This document shows, piece after piece, positions 1 through 12,000 of a stretch of 64,000 nt of DNA (its first letter is position 1; each line of letters opens with the position of its first letter). Source of the stretch: Bilabrum cf. latius (lineage: Eukaryota); NCBI GenBank assembly GCA_965178125.1, contig OZ237739.1, positions 434,001 through 498,000 on the forward strand, in the 5' to 3' direction. A program made the translations under genes and the position numbers. The notes under the pieces were generated by a model, which was given only the letters and a program-made list of their open reading frames with translations, was not told the origin of the DNA and made no database searches.

Positions 1-1
1 G

Positions 2-3000
2 AGCCCCCGTGGCCGTCAAGCTCACGTTCGCCAGCACCGAGTCCGCGACCACCACGTCAAACACAGACGCGCCCGCCGACGCGATGGGCCGCAGCACAGT
101 CGAGAACAACAGAGAGTCCCCGCCGTCCACGTCAGATAGCACCGACGGAAGCAACACATCCGGCCGAGACAGGCCCTGCCCCGCCACCGTCAAAGTCACG
201 CTCGAGTTCGTCACGGCAGGCACCACGTCCAAGCTAGACACAGACGCGATCACGCTAGACGTCGACCCGGCCGCCGCGTCCCGAAGCACGCGCCCGCCCA
301 CCACCACCTCGATGGACTCGCTCACGCCATCCAGCGTGTCGTTGTTCACCATCGTGCACGGCCCGATCACCACCTCGCCCGTGCTGGCGTTCACGCTCGC
401 GTGCGGCGCGCTGCCCAGCAGTGACAGTGGCGTCACCAGCACGCCGCCGCACACCACGCGCAGCTTCGTCAGAGACGGCCCGCTCACGGACACCACCGAG
501 ATGCTCGCAGGGTCCAGCACGCCGTCGGGCCCGCCAGGACGCACGCGGATCACCACGTCCCTCGCCGTGCCCGCTGGCAATGCGGCGGCCACCACCACCT
601 CCACCGACTGGCCGCCCACCACGCTCGACGGACTCAGCGACGAGCTCAGGCTGCTGTCCGGCGTGCGCGCGTACATCTGCACCGCAGGATCCGCGTGCTG
701 CATCAGCACATCTGCCTCCGCTGCCACGCTCGCGTTGCGGGAGTCGCCCACATCGGGGTGCGACCACCACCGGGCAGACAGGCTCGCGTTCACGCTGCCG
801 CCAAGGTCGATGCTCGGCAGAAGCTCCACCTCCACCACCACCGACAACGAGTCGCCCACGTCCAGCCGAGGCCACACGATCACCGCGCCTGCAAGGCTGT
901 CCGCAGACACCCCGGATGCCGACGCAGATGCCGTGTCCGCTCCCGCGCGACGAGACCCGCCCTCGCTCCACGCCGGCTGCACCACGCCGTTCACCCACAC
1001 GCCAGACACCACGTACCTGCCGTCCAGCAGCGTCGAGTCCAGCAGCGTCACGTTGAACACAGACGCGGCCGATCCGCCCGCATGCCCCACCGTCATGGTG
1101 AAGTTCAGCTTGTCGCCGCCGTCCGTGTCCGTGAAGGCCACGGGGCTCACGCCGGGCGCTGCCAAAGACCCCTCCGATACCGTCAGCGTCACCACGCGAG
1201 ACACGGCCTCGCCGCCGCTCAGGTCAGACCCAGACACAGACGCCGTCGCATCCACGCCCACGCCGCCCTGCGCCGCCGCCGTGTTGCGGACCACGCCGCG
1301 CAGCACGATCTCCACGCCCTCCACAGTCAGCCCGTTGTCCGTGCCGGCGTTCGTCACGTCGCCCAGCTGCACCGTCGCCGTGCCGGCCGCCCCGTCCACG
1401 CTCCAGTGGGACGAGTTCAGGCCGCTCAGCGCGCCCGATCCGCCCGCAAGCGACGACGTCACGTTCGACCCGGACCCTGCCGTGGCTCGCACTGACACCA
1501 CCTCCAGCAGCTCCAGCACGTCCGCTCGAGACAGGCTCACGCTCACCCACGACCCCACCAGAGTGCCTTCCGCAAGCTACAGCACCGCCGTCAGCTCCAC
1601 CACCTGCCCCACCGCCACGCGCCCGGGACCCGCCACACTAGGATCCTCCACGCTCGCGTTCCACACCAATCCAGGACCAGGCACTGACACGGCCGTCGAC
1701 TCAGGCGCCTCGGAGCTCTCGTTCCGGCTCACCCCGTACGAGCTGCCCACCACCGGGTGCGAGCTCCACTCCACCCGCACGTCCGTTGGCACCGTCGTGC
1801 CAGATGCAGCCGCGTCCGTCAGACGCACGCGGTACACCAGCACAGAGCTGCTCACCACAGACTCCAACACGGCCCACTCGCCGCTCGTGCTGTGCCCGAT
1901 CACCGACCCGCTCGTCTCGCGGCTGTACCGCTCCGTCCCGTCCACCACCACAGACTCCACCACGTACGACGGGCCCGGCAGTGACGCGTCCACCAGCCGC
2001 ACCCAGTACGCCTGGTTGTATCCCGCGCCCTGCGTCGCGTTCACTACCACCACCATCTGCACCACGTCGCCTCCGTCGCCCACCGCGCTGGCAGGACTCA
2101 CAGACACAGACACATCCGGCTCCAGCACAGACAGGCTCGCCGACTCGGAGCTCATCGTCTCCTGCGTCACGAATGCCGCATCCACATCGATGCTGGCCCC
2201 GCGAGACACAGCGCTCACGTTCTCCACGGTCGCCTCCAGCACCACCTCCAGGATCTCCCCGGCGCCAGACACGCCCACGTCCCGGTCCACATTGCGCAGC
2301 ACGCACAGAGGCGCCCGGTACCACGACGCCAATGGACCGCCCAGACGCACCACAGACAGCCCGGACAGGTCATCCAGATACGACTGCACGCCAGACCCGC
2401 CCGACCCCACACCGCTGCAGCTCGACACCAGCACGCTGCTCGGCGACGAGTCAGTGCTGCCGTTCACCACCACGCGAGCCGACACCACCCGACGCAGACC
2501 GAGACCACTCACCAGCGACGATCCCGGCACAGACACGTTCAGCACCGCATCGCTCATGCGGGCTTCCGGCAGAGCCACGCTCACGTTCACAGTCACCACG
2601 CTGCCCACCACCACGTCCAGGCCGCCAGATGTCGCGCCGTCCGAAGACACAGACAGGCTCAACGATGGCGACCCCACGCTCAGCGACGATGCAGACGTGG
2701 TCGATACCACGGACTCGTTCCGGGACTCAGACGGGCTGGGATGGCTGCCCCACCGCACGCTCACGAAAGGCACAGGGTACGATGCCCCGGCCTCCACGTC
2801 CGACGACACAAGCACCTCCCACTGCACGGCCAGCACCTGACCCGCTCCCACCTCGCTCAGCACAAGCACCGCGTCGGCCAGCGACGCAGACCCGCCTGCC
2901 ACCAGCGACCCGTTCACCCACACGCGACCCACAGAGTACACCGGAGCCCCCGTGGCCGTCAAGCTCACGTTCGCCAGCACCGAGTCCGCAACCACCACGT

Positions 3001-6000
3001 CAAACACAGACGCGCCCGCCGACGCGATGGGCCGCAGCACAGTCGAGAACAACAGAGAGTCCCCGCCGTCCACGTCAGATAGCACCGACGGAAGCAACAC
3101 ATCCGGCCGAGACAGGCCCTGCCCCGCCACCGTCAAAGTCACGCTCGAGTTCGTCACGGCAGGCACCACGTCCAAGCTAGACACAGACGCGATCACGCTA
3201 GACGTCGACCCGGCCGCCGCGTCCCGAAGCACGCGCCCGCCCACCACCACCTCGATGGACTCGCTCACGCCATCCAGCGTGTCGTTATTCACCATCGTGC
3301 ACGGACCGATCACCACCTCGCCCGTGCTGGCGTTCACGCTCGCGTGCGGCGCGCTGCCCAGCAGAGACAGTGGCGTCACCAGCACGCCGCCGCACACCAC
3401 GCGCAGCTTCGTCAGAGACGGCCCGCTCACGGACACCACCGAGATGCTCGCAGGGTCCAGCACGCCGTCGGGCCCGCCAGGACGCACGCGGATCACCACG
3501 TCCCTCGCCGTGCCCGCTGGCAATGCGGCGGCCACCACCACCTCCACCGACTGGCCGCCCACCACGCTCGACGGACTCAGCGACGAGCTCAGGCTGCTGT
3601 CCGGCGTGCGCGCGTACATCTGCACCGCAGGATCCGCGTGCTGCATCAGCACATCTGCCTCCGCTGCCACGCTCGCGTTGCGGGAGTCGCCCACATCGGG
3701 GTGCGACCACCACCGGGCAGACAGGCTCGCGTTCACGCTGCCGCCAAGGTCGATGCTCGGCAGAAGCTCCACCTCCACCACCACCGACAACGAGTCGCCC
3801 ACGTCCAGCCGAGGCCACACGATCACCGCGCCTGCAAGGCTGTCCGCAGACACCCCGGAAGCCGACGCAGATGCCGCGTCCGCTCCCGCGCGACGAGACC
3901 CGCCCTCGCTCCACGCCGGCTGCACCACGCCGTTCACCCACACGCCAGACACCACGTACCTGCCGTCCAGCAGCGTCGAGTCCAGCAGCGTCACGTTGAA
4001 CACAGACGCGGCCGATCCGCCCGCATGCCCCACCGTCATGGTGAAGTTCAGCTTGTCGCCGCCATCCGTGTCCGTGAAGGCCACGGGGCTCACGCCGGGC
4101 GCTGCCAAAGACCCCTCCGATACCGTCAGCGTCACCACGCGAGACACGGCCTCGCCGCCGCTCAGGTCAGACCCAGACACAGACGCCGTCGCATCCACGC
4201 CCACGCCGCCCTGCGCCGCCGCCGTGTTGCGGACCACGCCGCGCAGCACGATCTCCACGCCCTCCACAGTCAGCCCGTTGTCCGTGCCGGCGTTCGTCAC
4301 GTCGCCCAGCTGCACCGTCGCCGTGCCGGCCGCCCCGTCCACGCTCCAGTGGGACGAGTTCAGACCGCTCAGCGCGCCCGATCCGCCCGCAAGCGACGAC
4401 GTCACGTTCGACCCGGACCCTGCCGTGGCTCGCACTGACACCACCTCCAGCAGCTCCAGCACGTCCGCTCGAGACAGGCTCACGCTCACCGACGACCCCA
4501 CCAGAGTGCCTTCCGCAAGCTACAGCACCGCCGTCAGCTCCACCACCTGCCCCACCGCCACGCGCCCGGGACCCGCCACACTAGGATCCTCCACGCTCGC
4601 GTTCCACACCAATCCAGGACCAGGCACTGACACGGCCGTCGACTCAGGCGCCTCGGAGCTCTCGTTCCGGCTCACCCCGTACGAGCTGCCCACCACCGGG
4701 TGCGAGCTCCACTCCACCCGCACGTCCGTCGGCACCGTCGTGCCAGATGCAGCCGCGTCCGTCAGACGCACGCGGTACACCAGCACAGAGCTGCTCACCA
4801 CAGACTCCAACACGGCCCACTCGCCGCTCGTGCTGTGCCCGATCACCGACCCGCTCGTCTCGCGGTTGTACCGCTCCGTCCCGTCCACCACCACAGACTC
4901 CACCACGTACGACGGGCCCGGCAGCGACGCGTCCACCAGCCGCACCCAGTACGCCTGGTTGTATCCCGCGCCCTGCGTCGCGTTCACTACCACCACCATC
5001 TGCACCACGTCGCCTCCGTCGCCCACCGCGCTGGCAGGACTCACAGACACAGACACATCCGGCTCCAGCACAGACAGGCTCGCCGACTCGGAGCTCATCG
5101 TCTCCTGCGTCACGAATGCCGCATCCACATCGATGCTGGCCCCGCGAGACACAGCGCTCACGTTCTCCACGGTCGCCTCCAGCACCACCTCCAGGATCTC
5201 CCCGGCGCCAGACACGCCCACGTCCCGGTCCACATTGCGCAGCACGCACAGAGGCGCCCGGTACCACGACGCCAATGGACCGCCCAGACGCACCACAGAC
5301 AGCCCGGACAGGTCATCCAGATACGACTGCACGCCAGACCCGCCCGACCCCACACCGCTGCAGCTCGACACCAGCACGCTGCTCGGCGACGAGTCAGTGC
5401 TGCCGTTCACCACCACGCGAGCCGACACCACCCGACGCAGACCGAGACCACTCACCAGCGACGATCCCGGCACAGACACGTTCAGCACCGCATCGCTCAT
5501 GCGGGCTTCCGGCAGAGCCACGCTCACGTTCACAGTCACCACGCTGCCCACCACCACGTCCAGGCCGCCAGATGTCGCGCCGTCCGAAGACACAGACAGG
5601 CTCAACGATGGCGACCCCACGCTCAGCGACGATGCAGACGTGGTCGATACCACGGACTCGTTTCGGGACTCAGACGGGCTGGGATGGCTGCCCCACCGCA
5701 CGCTCACGAAAGGCACAGGGTACGATGCCCCGGCCTCCACGTCCGACGACACAAGCACCTCCCACTGCACGGCCAGCACCTGACCCGCTCCCACCTCGCT
5801 CAGCACAAGCACCGCGTCGGCCAGCGACGCAGACCCGCCTGCCACCAGCGACCCGTTCACCCACACGCGACCCATAGAGTACACCGGAGCCCCCGTGGCC
5901 GTCAAGCTCACGTTCGCCAGCACCGAGTCCGCAACCACCACGTCAAACACAGACGCGCCCGCCGACGCGATGGGCCGCAGCACAGTCGAGAACAACAGAG

Positions 6001-9000
6001 AGTCCCCGCCGTCCACGTCAGATAGCACCGACGGAAGCAACACATCCGGCCGAGACAGGCCCTGCCCCGCCACCGTCAAAGTCACGCTCGAGTTCGTCAC
6101 GGCAGGCACCACGTCCAAGCTAGACACAGACGCGATCACGCTAGACGTCGACCCGGCCGCCGCGTCCCGAAGCACGCGCCCGCCCACCACCACCTCGATG
6201 GACTCGCTCACGCCATCCAGCGTGTCGTTGTTCACCATCGTGCACGGCCCGATCACCACCTCGCCCGTGCTGGCGTTCACGCTCGCGTGCGGCGCGCTGC
6301 CCAGCAGAGACAGTGGCGTCACCAGCACGCCGCCGCACACCACGCGCAGCTTCGTCAGAGACGGCCCGCTCACGGACACCACCGAGATGCTCGCAGGGTC
6401 CAGCACGCCGTCGGGCCCGCCAGGACGCACGCGGATCACCACGTCCCTCGCCGTGCCCGCTGGCAATGCGGCGGCCACCACCACCTCCACCGACTGGCCG
6501 CCCACCACGCTCGACGGACTCAGCGACGAGCTCAGGCTGCTGTCCGGCGTGCGCGCGTACATCTGCACCGCAGGATCCGCGTGCTGCATCAGCACATCCG
6601 CCTCCGCTGCCACGCTCGCGTTGCGGGAGTCGCCCACATCGGGGTGCGACCACCACCGGGCAGACAGGCTCGCGTTCACGCTGCCGCCAAGGTCGATGCT
6701 CGGCAGAAGCTCCACCTCCACCACCACCGACAACGAGTCGCCCACGTCCAGCCGAGGCCACACGATCACCGCGCCTGCAAGGCTGTCCGAAGACACCCCG
6801 GATGCCGACGCAGATGCCGCGTCCGCTCCCGCGCGACGAGACCCGCCCTCGCTCCACGCCGGCTGCACCACGCCGTTCACCCACACGCCAGACACCACGT
6901 ACCTGCCGTCCAGCAGCGTCGAGTCCAGCAGCGTCACGTTGAACACAGACGCGACCGATCCGCCCGCATGCCCCACCGTCATGGTGAAGTTCAGCTTGTC
7001 GCCGCCGTCCGTGTCCGTGAAGGCCACGGGGCTCACGCCGGGCGCTGCCAAAGACCCCTCCGATACCGTCAGCGTCACCACGCGAGACACGGCCTCGCCG
7101 CCGCTCAGGTCAGACCCAGACACAGACGCCGCCGCATCCACGCCCACGCCGCCCTGCGCCGCCGCCGTGTTGCGGACCACGCCGCGCAGCACGATCTCCA
7201 CGCCCTCCACAGTCAGCCCGTTGTCCGTGCCGGCGTTCGTCACGTCGCCCAGCTGCACCGTCGCCGTGCCGGCCGCCCCGTCCACGCTCCAGTGGGACGA
7301 GTTCAGACCGCTCAGCGCGCCCGATCCGCCCGCAAGCGACGACGTCACGTTCGACCCGGACCCTGCCGTGGCTCGCACTGACACCACCTCCAGCAGCTCC
7401 AGCACGTCCGCTCGAGACAGGCTCACGCTCACCGACGACCCCACCAGAGTGCCTTCCGCAAGCTACAGCACCGCCGTCAGCTCCACCACCTGCCCCACCG
7501 CCACGCGCCCGGGACCCGCCACACTAGGATCCTCCACGCTCGCGTTCCACACCAATCCAGGACCAGGCACTGACACGGCCGTCGACTCAGGCGCCTCGGA
7601 GCTCTCGTTCCGGCTCACCCCGTACGAGCTGCCCACCACCGGGTGCGAGCTCCACTCCACCCGCACGTCCGTCGGCACCGTCGTGCCAGATGCAGCCGCG
7701 TCCGTCAGACGCACGCGGTACACCAGCACAGAGCTGCTCACCACAGACTCCAACATGGCCCACTCGCCGCTCGTGCTGTGCCCGATCACCGACCCGCTCG
7801 TCTCGCGGTTGTACCGCTCCGTCCCGTCCACCACCACAGACTCCACCACGTACGACGGGCCCGGCAGCGACGCGTCCACCAGCCGCACCCAGTACGCCTG
7901 GTTGTATCCCGCGCCCTGCGTCGCGTTCACTACCACCACCATCTGCACCACGTCGCCTCCGTCGCCCACCGCGCTGGCAGGACTCACAGACACAGACACA
8001 TCCGGCTCCAGCACAGACAGGCTCGCCGACTCGGAGCTCATCGTCTCCTGCGTCACGAATGCCGCATCCACATCGATGCTGGCCCCGCGAGACACAGCGC
8101 TCACGTTCTCCACGGTCGCCTCCAGCACCACCTCCAGGATCTCCCCGGCGCCAGACACGCCCACGTCCCGGTCCACATTGCGCAGCACGCACAGAGGCGC
8201 CCGGTACCACGACGCCAATGGACCGCCCAGACGCACCACAGACAGCCCGGACAGGTCATCCAGATACGACTGCACGCCCGACCCGCCCGACCCCACACCG
8301 CTGCAGCTCGACACCAGCACGCTGCTCGGCGACGAGTCAGTGCTGCCGTTCACCACCACGCGAGCCGACACCACCCGACGCAGACCGAGACCACTCACCA
8401 GCGACGATCCCGGCACAGACACGTTCAGCACCGCATCGCTCATGCGGGCTTCCGGCAGCGCCACGCTCACGTTCACAGTCACCACGCTGCCCACCACCAC
8501 GTCCAGGCCGCCAGATGTCGCGCCGTCCGAAGACACAGACAGGCTCAACGATGGCGACCCCACGCTCAGCGACGATGCAGACGTGGTCGATACCACGGAC
8601 TCGTTTCGGGACTCAGACGGGCTGGGATGGCTGCCCCACCGCACGCTCACGAAAGGCACAGGGTACGATGCCCCGGCCTCCACGTCCGACGACACAAGCA
8701 CCTCCCACTGCACGGCCAGCACCTGACCCGCTCCCACCTCGCTCAGCACAAGCACCGCGTCGGCCAGCGACGCAGACCCGCCTGCCACCAGCGACCCGTT
8801 CACCCACACGCGACCCACAGAGTACACCGGAGCCCCCGTGGCCGTCAAGCTCACGTTCGCCAGCACCGAGTCCGCGACCACCACGTCAAACACAGACGCG
8901 CCCGCCGACGCGACGGGCCGCAGCACAGTCGAGAACAACAGAGAGTCCCCGCCGTCCACGTCAGATAGCACCGACGGAAGCAACACATCCGGCCGAGACA

Positions 9001-12000
9001 GGCCCTGCCCCGCCACCGTCAAAGTCACGCTCGAGTTCGTCACGGCAGGCACCACGTCCAAGCTAGACACAGACGCGATCACGCTAGACGTCGACCCGGC
9101 CGCCGCGTCCCGAAGCACGCGCCCGCCCACCACCACCTCGATGGACTCGCTCACGCCATCCAGCGTGTCGTTGTTCACCATCGTGCACGGCCCGATCACC
9201 ACCTCGCCCGTGCTGGCGTTCACGCTCGCGTGCGGCGCGCTGCCCAGCAGTGACAGTGGCGTCACCAGCACGCCGCCGCACACCACGCGCAGCTTCGTCA
9301 GAGACGGCCCGCTCACGGACACCACCGAGATGCTCGCAGGGTCCAGCACGCCGTCGGGCCCGCCAGGACGCACGCGGATCACCACGTCCCTCGCCGTGCC
9401 CGCTGGCAATGCGGCGGCCACCACCACCTCCACCGACTGGCCGCCCACCACGCTCGACGGACTCAGCGACGAGCTCAGGCTGCTGTCCGGCGTGCGCGCG
9501 TACATCTGCACCGCAGGATCCGCGTGCTGCATCAGCACATCCGCCTCCGCTGCCACGCTCGCGTTGCGGGAGTCGCCCACATCGGGGTGCGACCACCACC
9601 GGGCAGACAGGCTCGCGTTCACGCTGCCGCCAAGGTCGATGCTCGGCAGAAGCTCCACCTCCACCACCACCGACAACGAGTCGCCCACGTCCAGCCGAGG
9701 CCACACGATCACCGTGCCTGCAAGGCTCTCTGCAGACACCCCGGATGCCGACGCAGATGCCGCGTCCGCTCCCGCGCGACGAGACCCGCCCTCGCTCCAC
9801 GCCGGCTGCACCACGCCGTTCACCCACACGCCAGACACCACGTACCTGCCGTCCAGCAGCGTCGAGTCCAGCAGCGTCACGTTGAACACAGACGCGGCCG
9901 ATCCGCCCGCATGCCCCACCGTCATGGTGAAGTTCAGCTTGTCGCCGCCGTCCGTGTCCGTGAAGGCCACGGGGCTCACGCCGGGCGCTGCCAAAGACCC
10001 CTCCGATACCGTCAGCGTCACCACGCGAGACACGGCCTCGCCGCCGCTCAGGTCAGACCCAGACACAGACGCCGTCGCATCCACGCCCACGCCGCCCTGC
10101 GCCGCCGCCGTGTTGCGGACCACGCCGCGCAGCACGATCTCCACGCCCTCCACAGTCAGCCCGTTGTCCGTGCCGGCGTTCGTCACGTCGCCCAGCTGCA
10201 CCGTCGCCGTGCCGGCCGCCCCGTCCACGCTCCAGTGGGACGAGTTCAGACCGCTCAGCGCGCCCGATCCGCCCGCAAGCGACGACGTCACGTTCGACCC
10301 GGACCCTGCCGTGGCTCGCACTGACACCACCTCCAGCAGCTCCAGCACGTCCGCTCGAGACAGGCTCACGCTCACCGACGACCCCACCAGAGTGCCTTCC
10401 GCAAGCTACAGCACCGCCGTCAGCTCCACCACCTGCCCCACCGCCACGCGCCCGGGACCCGCCACACTAGGATCCTCCACGCTCGCGTTCCACACCAATC
10501 CAGGACCAGGCACTGACACGGCCGTCGACTCAGGCGCCTCGGAGCTCTCGTTCCGGCTCACCCCGTACGAGCTGCCCACCACCGGGTGCGAGCTCCACTC
10601 CACCCGCACGTCCGTCGGCACCGTCGTGCCAGATGCAGCCGCGTCCGTCAGACGCACGCGGTACACCAGCACAGAGCTGCTCACCACAGACTCCAACACG
10701 GCCCACTCGCCGCTCGTGCTGTGCCCGATCACCGACCCGCTCGTCTCGCGGCTGTACCGCTCCGTCCCGTCCACCACCACAGACTCCACCACGTACGACG
10801 GGCCCGGCAGCGACGCGTCCACCAGCCGCACCCAGTACGCCTGGTTGTATCCCGCGCCCTGCGTCGCGTTCACTACCACCACCATCTGCACCACGTCGCC
10901 TCCGTCGCCCACCGCGCTGGCAGGACTCACAGACACAGACACATCCGGCTCCAGCACAGACAGGCTCGCCGACTCGGAGCTCATCGTCTCCTGCGTCACG
11001 AATGCCGCATCCACATCGATGCTGGCCCCGCGAGACACAGCGCTCACGTTCTCCACGGTCGCCTCCAGCACCACCTCCAGGATCTCCCCGGCGCCAGACA
11101 CGCCCACGTCCCGGTCCACATTGCGCAGCACGCACAGAGGCGCCCGGTACCACGACGCCAATGGACCGCCCAGACGCACCACAGACAGCCCGGACAGGTC
11201 ATCCAGATACGACTGCACGCCCGACCCGCCCGACCCCACACCGCTGCAGCTCGACACCAGCACGCTGCTCGGCGACGAGTCAGTGCTGCCGTTCACCACC
11301 ACGCGAGCCGACACCACCCGACGCAGACCGAGACCACTCACCAGCGACGATCCCGGCACAGACACGTTCAGCACCGCATCGCTCATGCGGGCTTCCGGCA
11401 GAGCCACGCTCACGTTCACAGTCACCACGCTGCCCACCACCACGTCCAGGCCGCCAGATGTCGCGCCGTCCGAAGACACAGACAGGCTCAACGATGGCGA
11501 CCCCACGCTCAGCGACGATGCAGACGTGGTCGATACCACGGACTCGTTCCGGGACTCAGACGGGCTGGGATGGCTGCCCCACCGCACGCTCACGAAAGGC
11601 ACAGGGTACGATGCCCCGGCCTCCACGTCCGACGACACAAGCACCTCCCACTGCACGGCCAGCACCTGACCCGCTCCCACCTCGCTCAGCACAAGCACCG
11701 CGTCGGCCAGCGACGCAGACCCGCCTGCCACCAGCGACCCGTTCACCCACACGCGACCCACAGAGTACACCGGAGCCCCCGTGGCCGTCAAGCTCACGTT
11801 CGCCAGCACCGAGTCCGCGACCACCACGTCAAACACAGACGCGCCCGCCGACGCGATGGGCCGCAGCACAGTCGAGAACAACAGAGAGTCCCCGCCGTCC
11901 ACGTCAGATAGCACCGACGGAAGCAACACATCCGGCCGAGACAGGCCCTGCCCCGCCACCGTCAAAGTCACGCTCGAGTTCGTCACGGCAGGCACCACGT

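Noticed and set aside
255-998. Gly/Arg-rich short minus-strand ORFs (247, 207-228, 64-65 aa)
   Set aside because: Off-frame overlaps of the main gene with low-complexity composition and copy-variable stops.
1559-1579. Pyrrolysine or selenocysteine at the stop
   Set aside because: Sec uses UGA. Pyl (UAG) is known from some archaea and bacteria, and no pyl genes or catalytic context are visible here.
9-2840. Repeated 943-aa Thr/Ser/Pro-rich plus-strand ORF that looks mucin-like
   Set aside because: Antisense shadow. Its third codon positions coincide with those of the minus frame, which keeps it open in GC-rich DNA. It starts at GTG, lacks a signal peptide and is truncated by the variant patch while the minus frame is preserved.
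1577-4501. Reading the array as ~22 separate 974-aa genes
   Set aside because: Only 18 bp lie between each TAG and the next GTG 'start', they read as in-frame LAEGTL, and the break falls inside a domain.
4700-6025. His/Arg-rich and Pro/Arg-rich plus-strand ORFs (200-960 aa)
   Set aside because: Reverse-complement of GTG/GCG-rich codons (CAC, CGC). Their lengths change between copies with SNPs that are silent on the minus strand.
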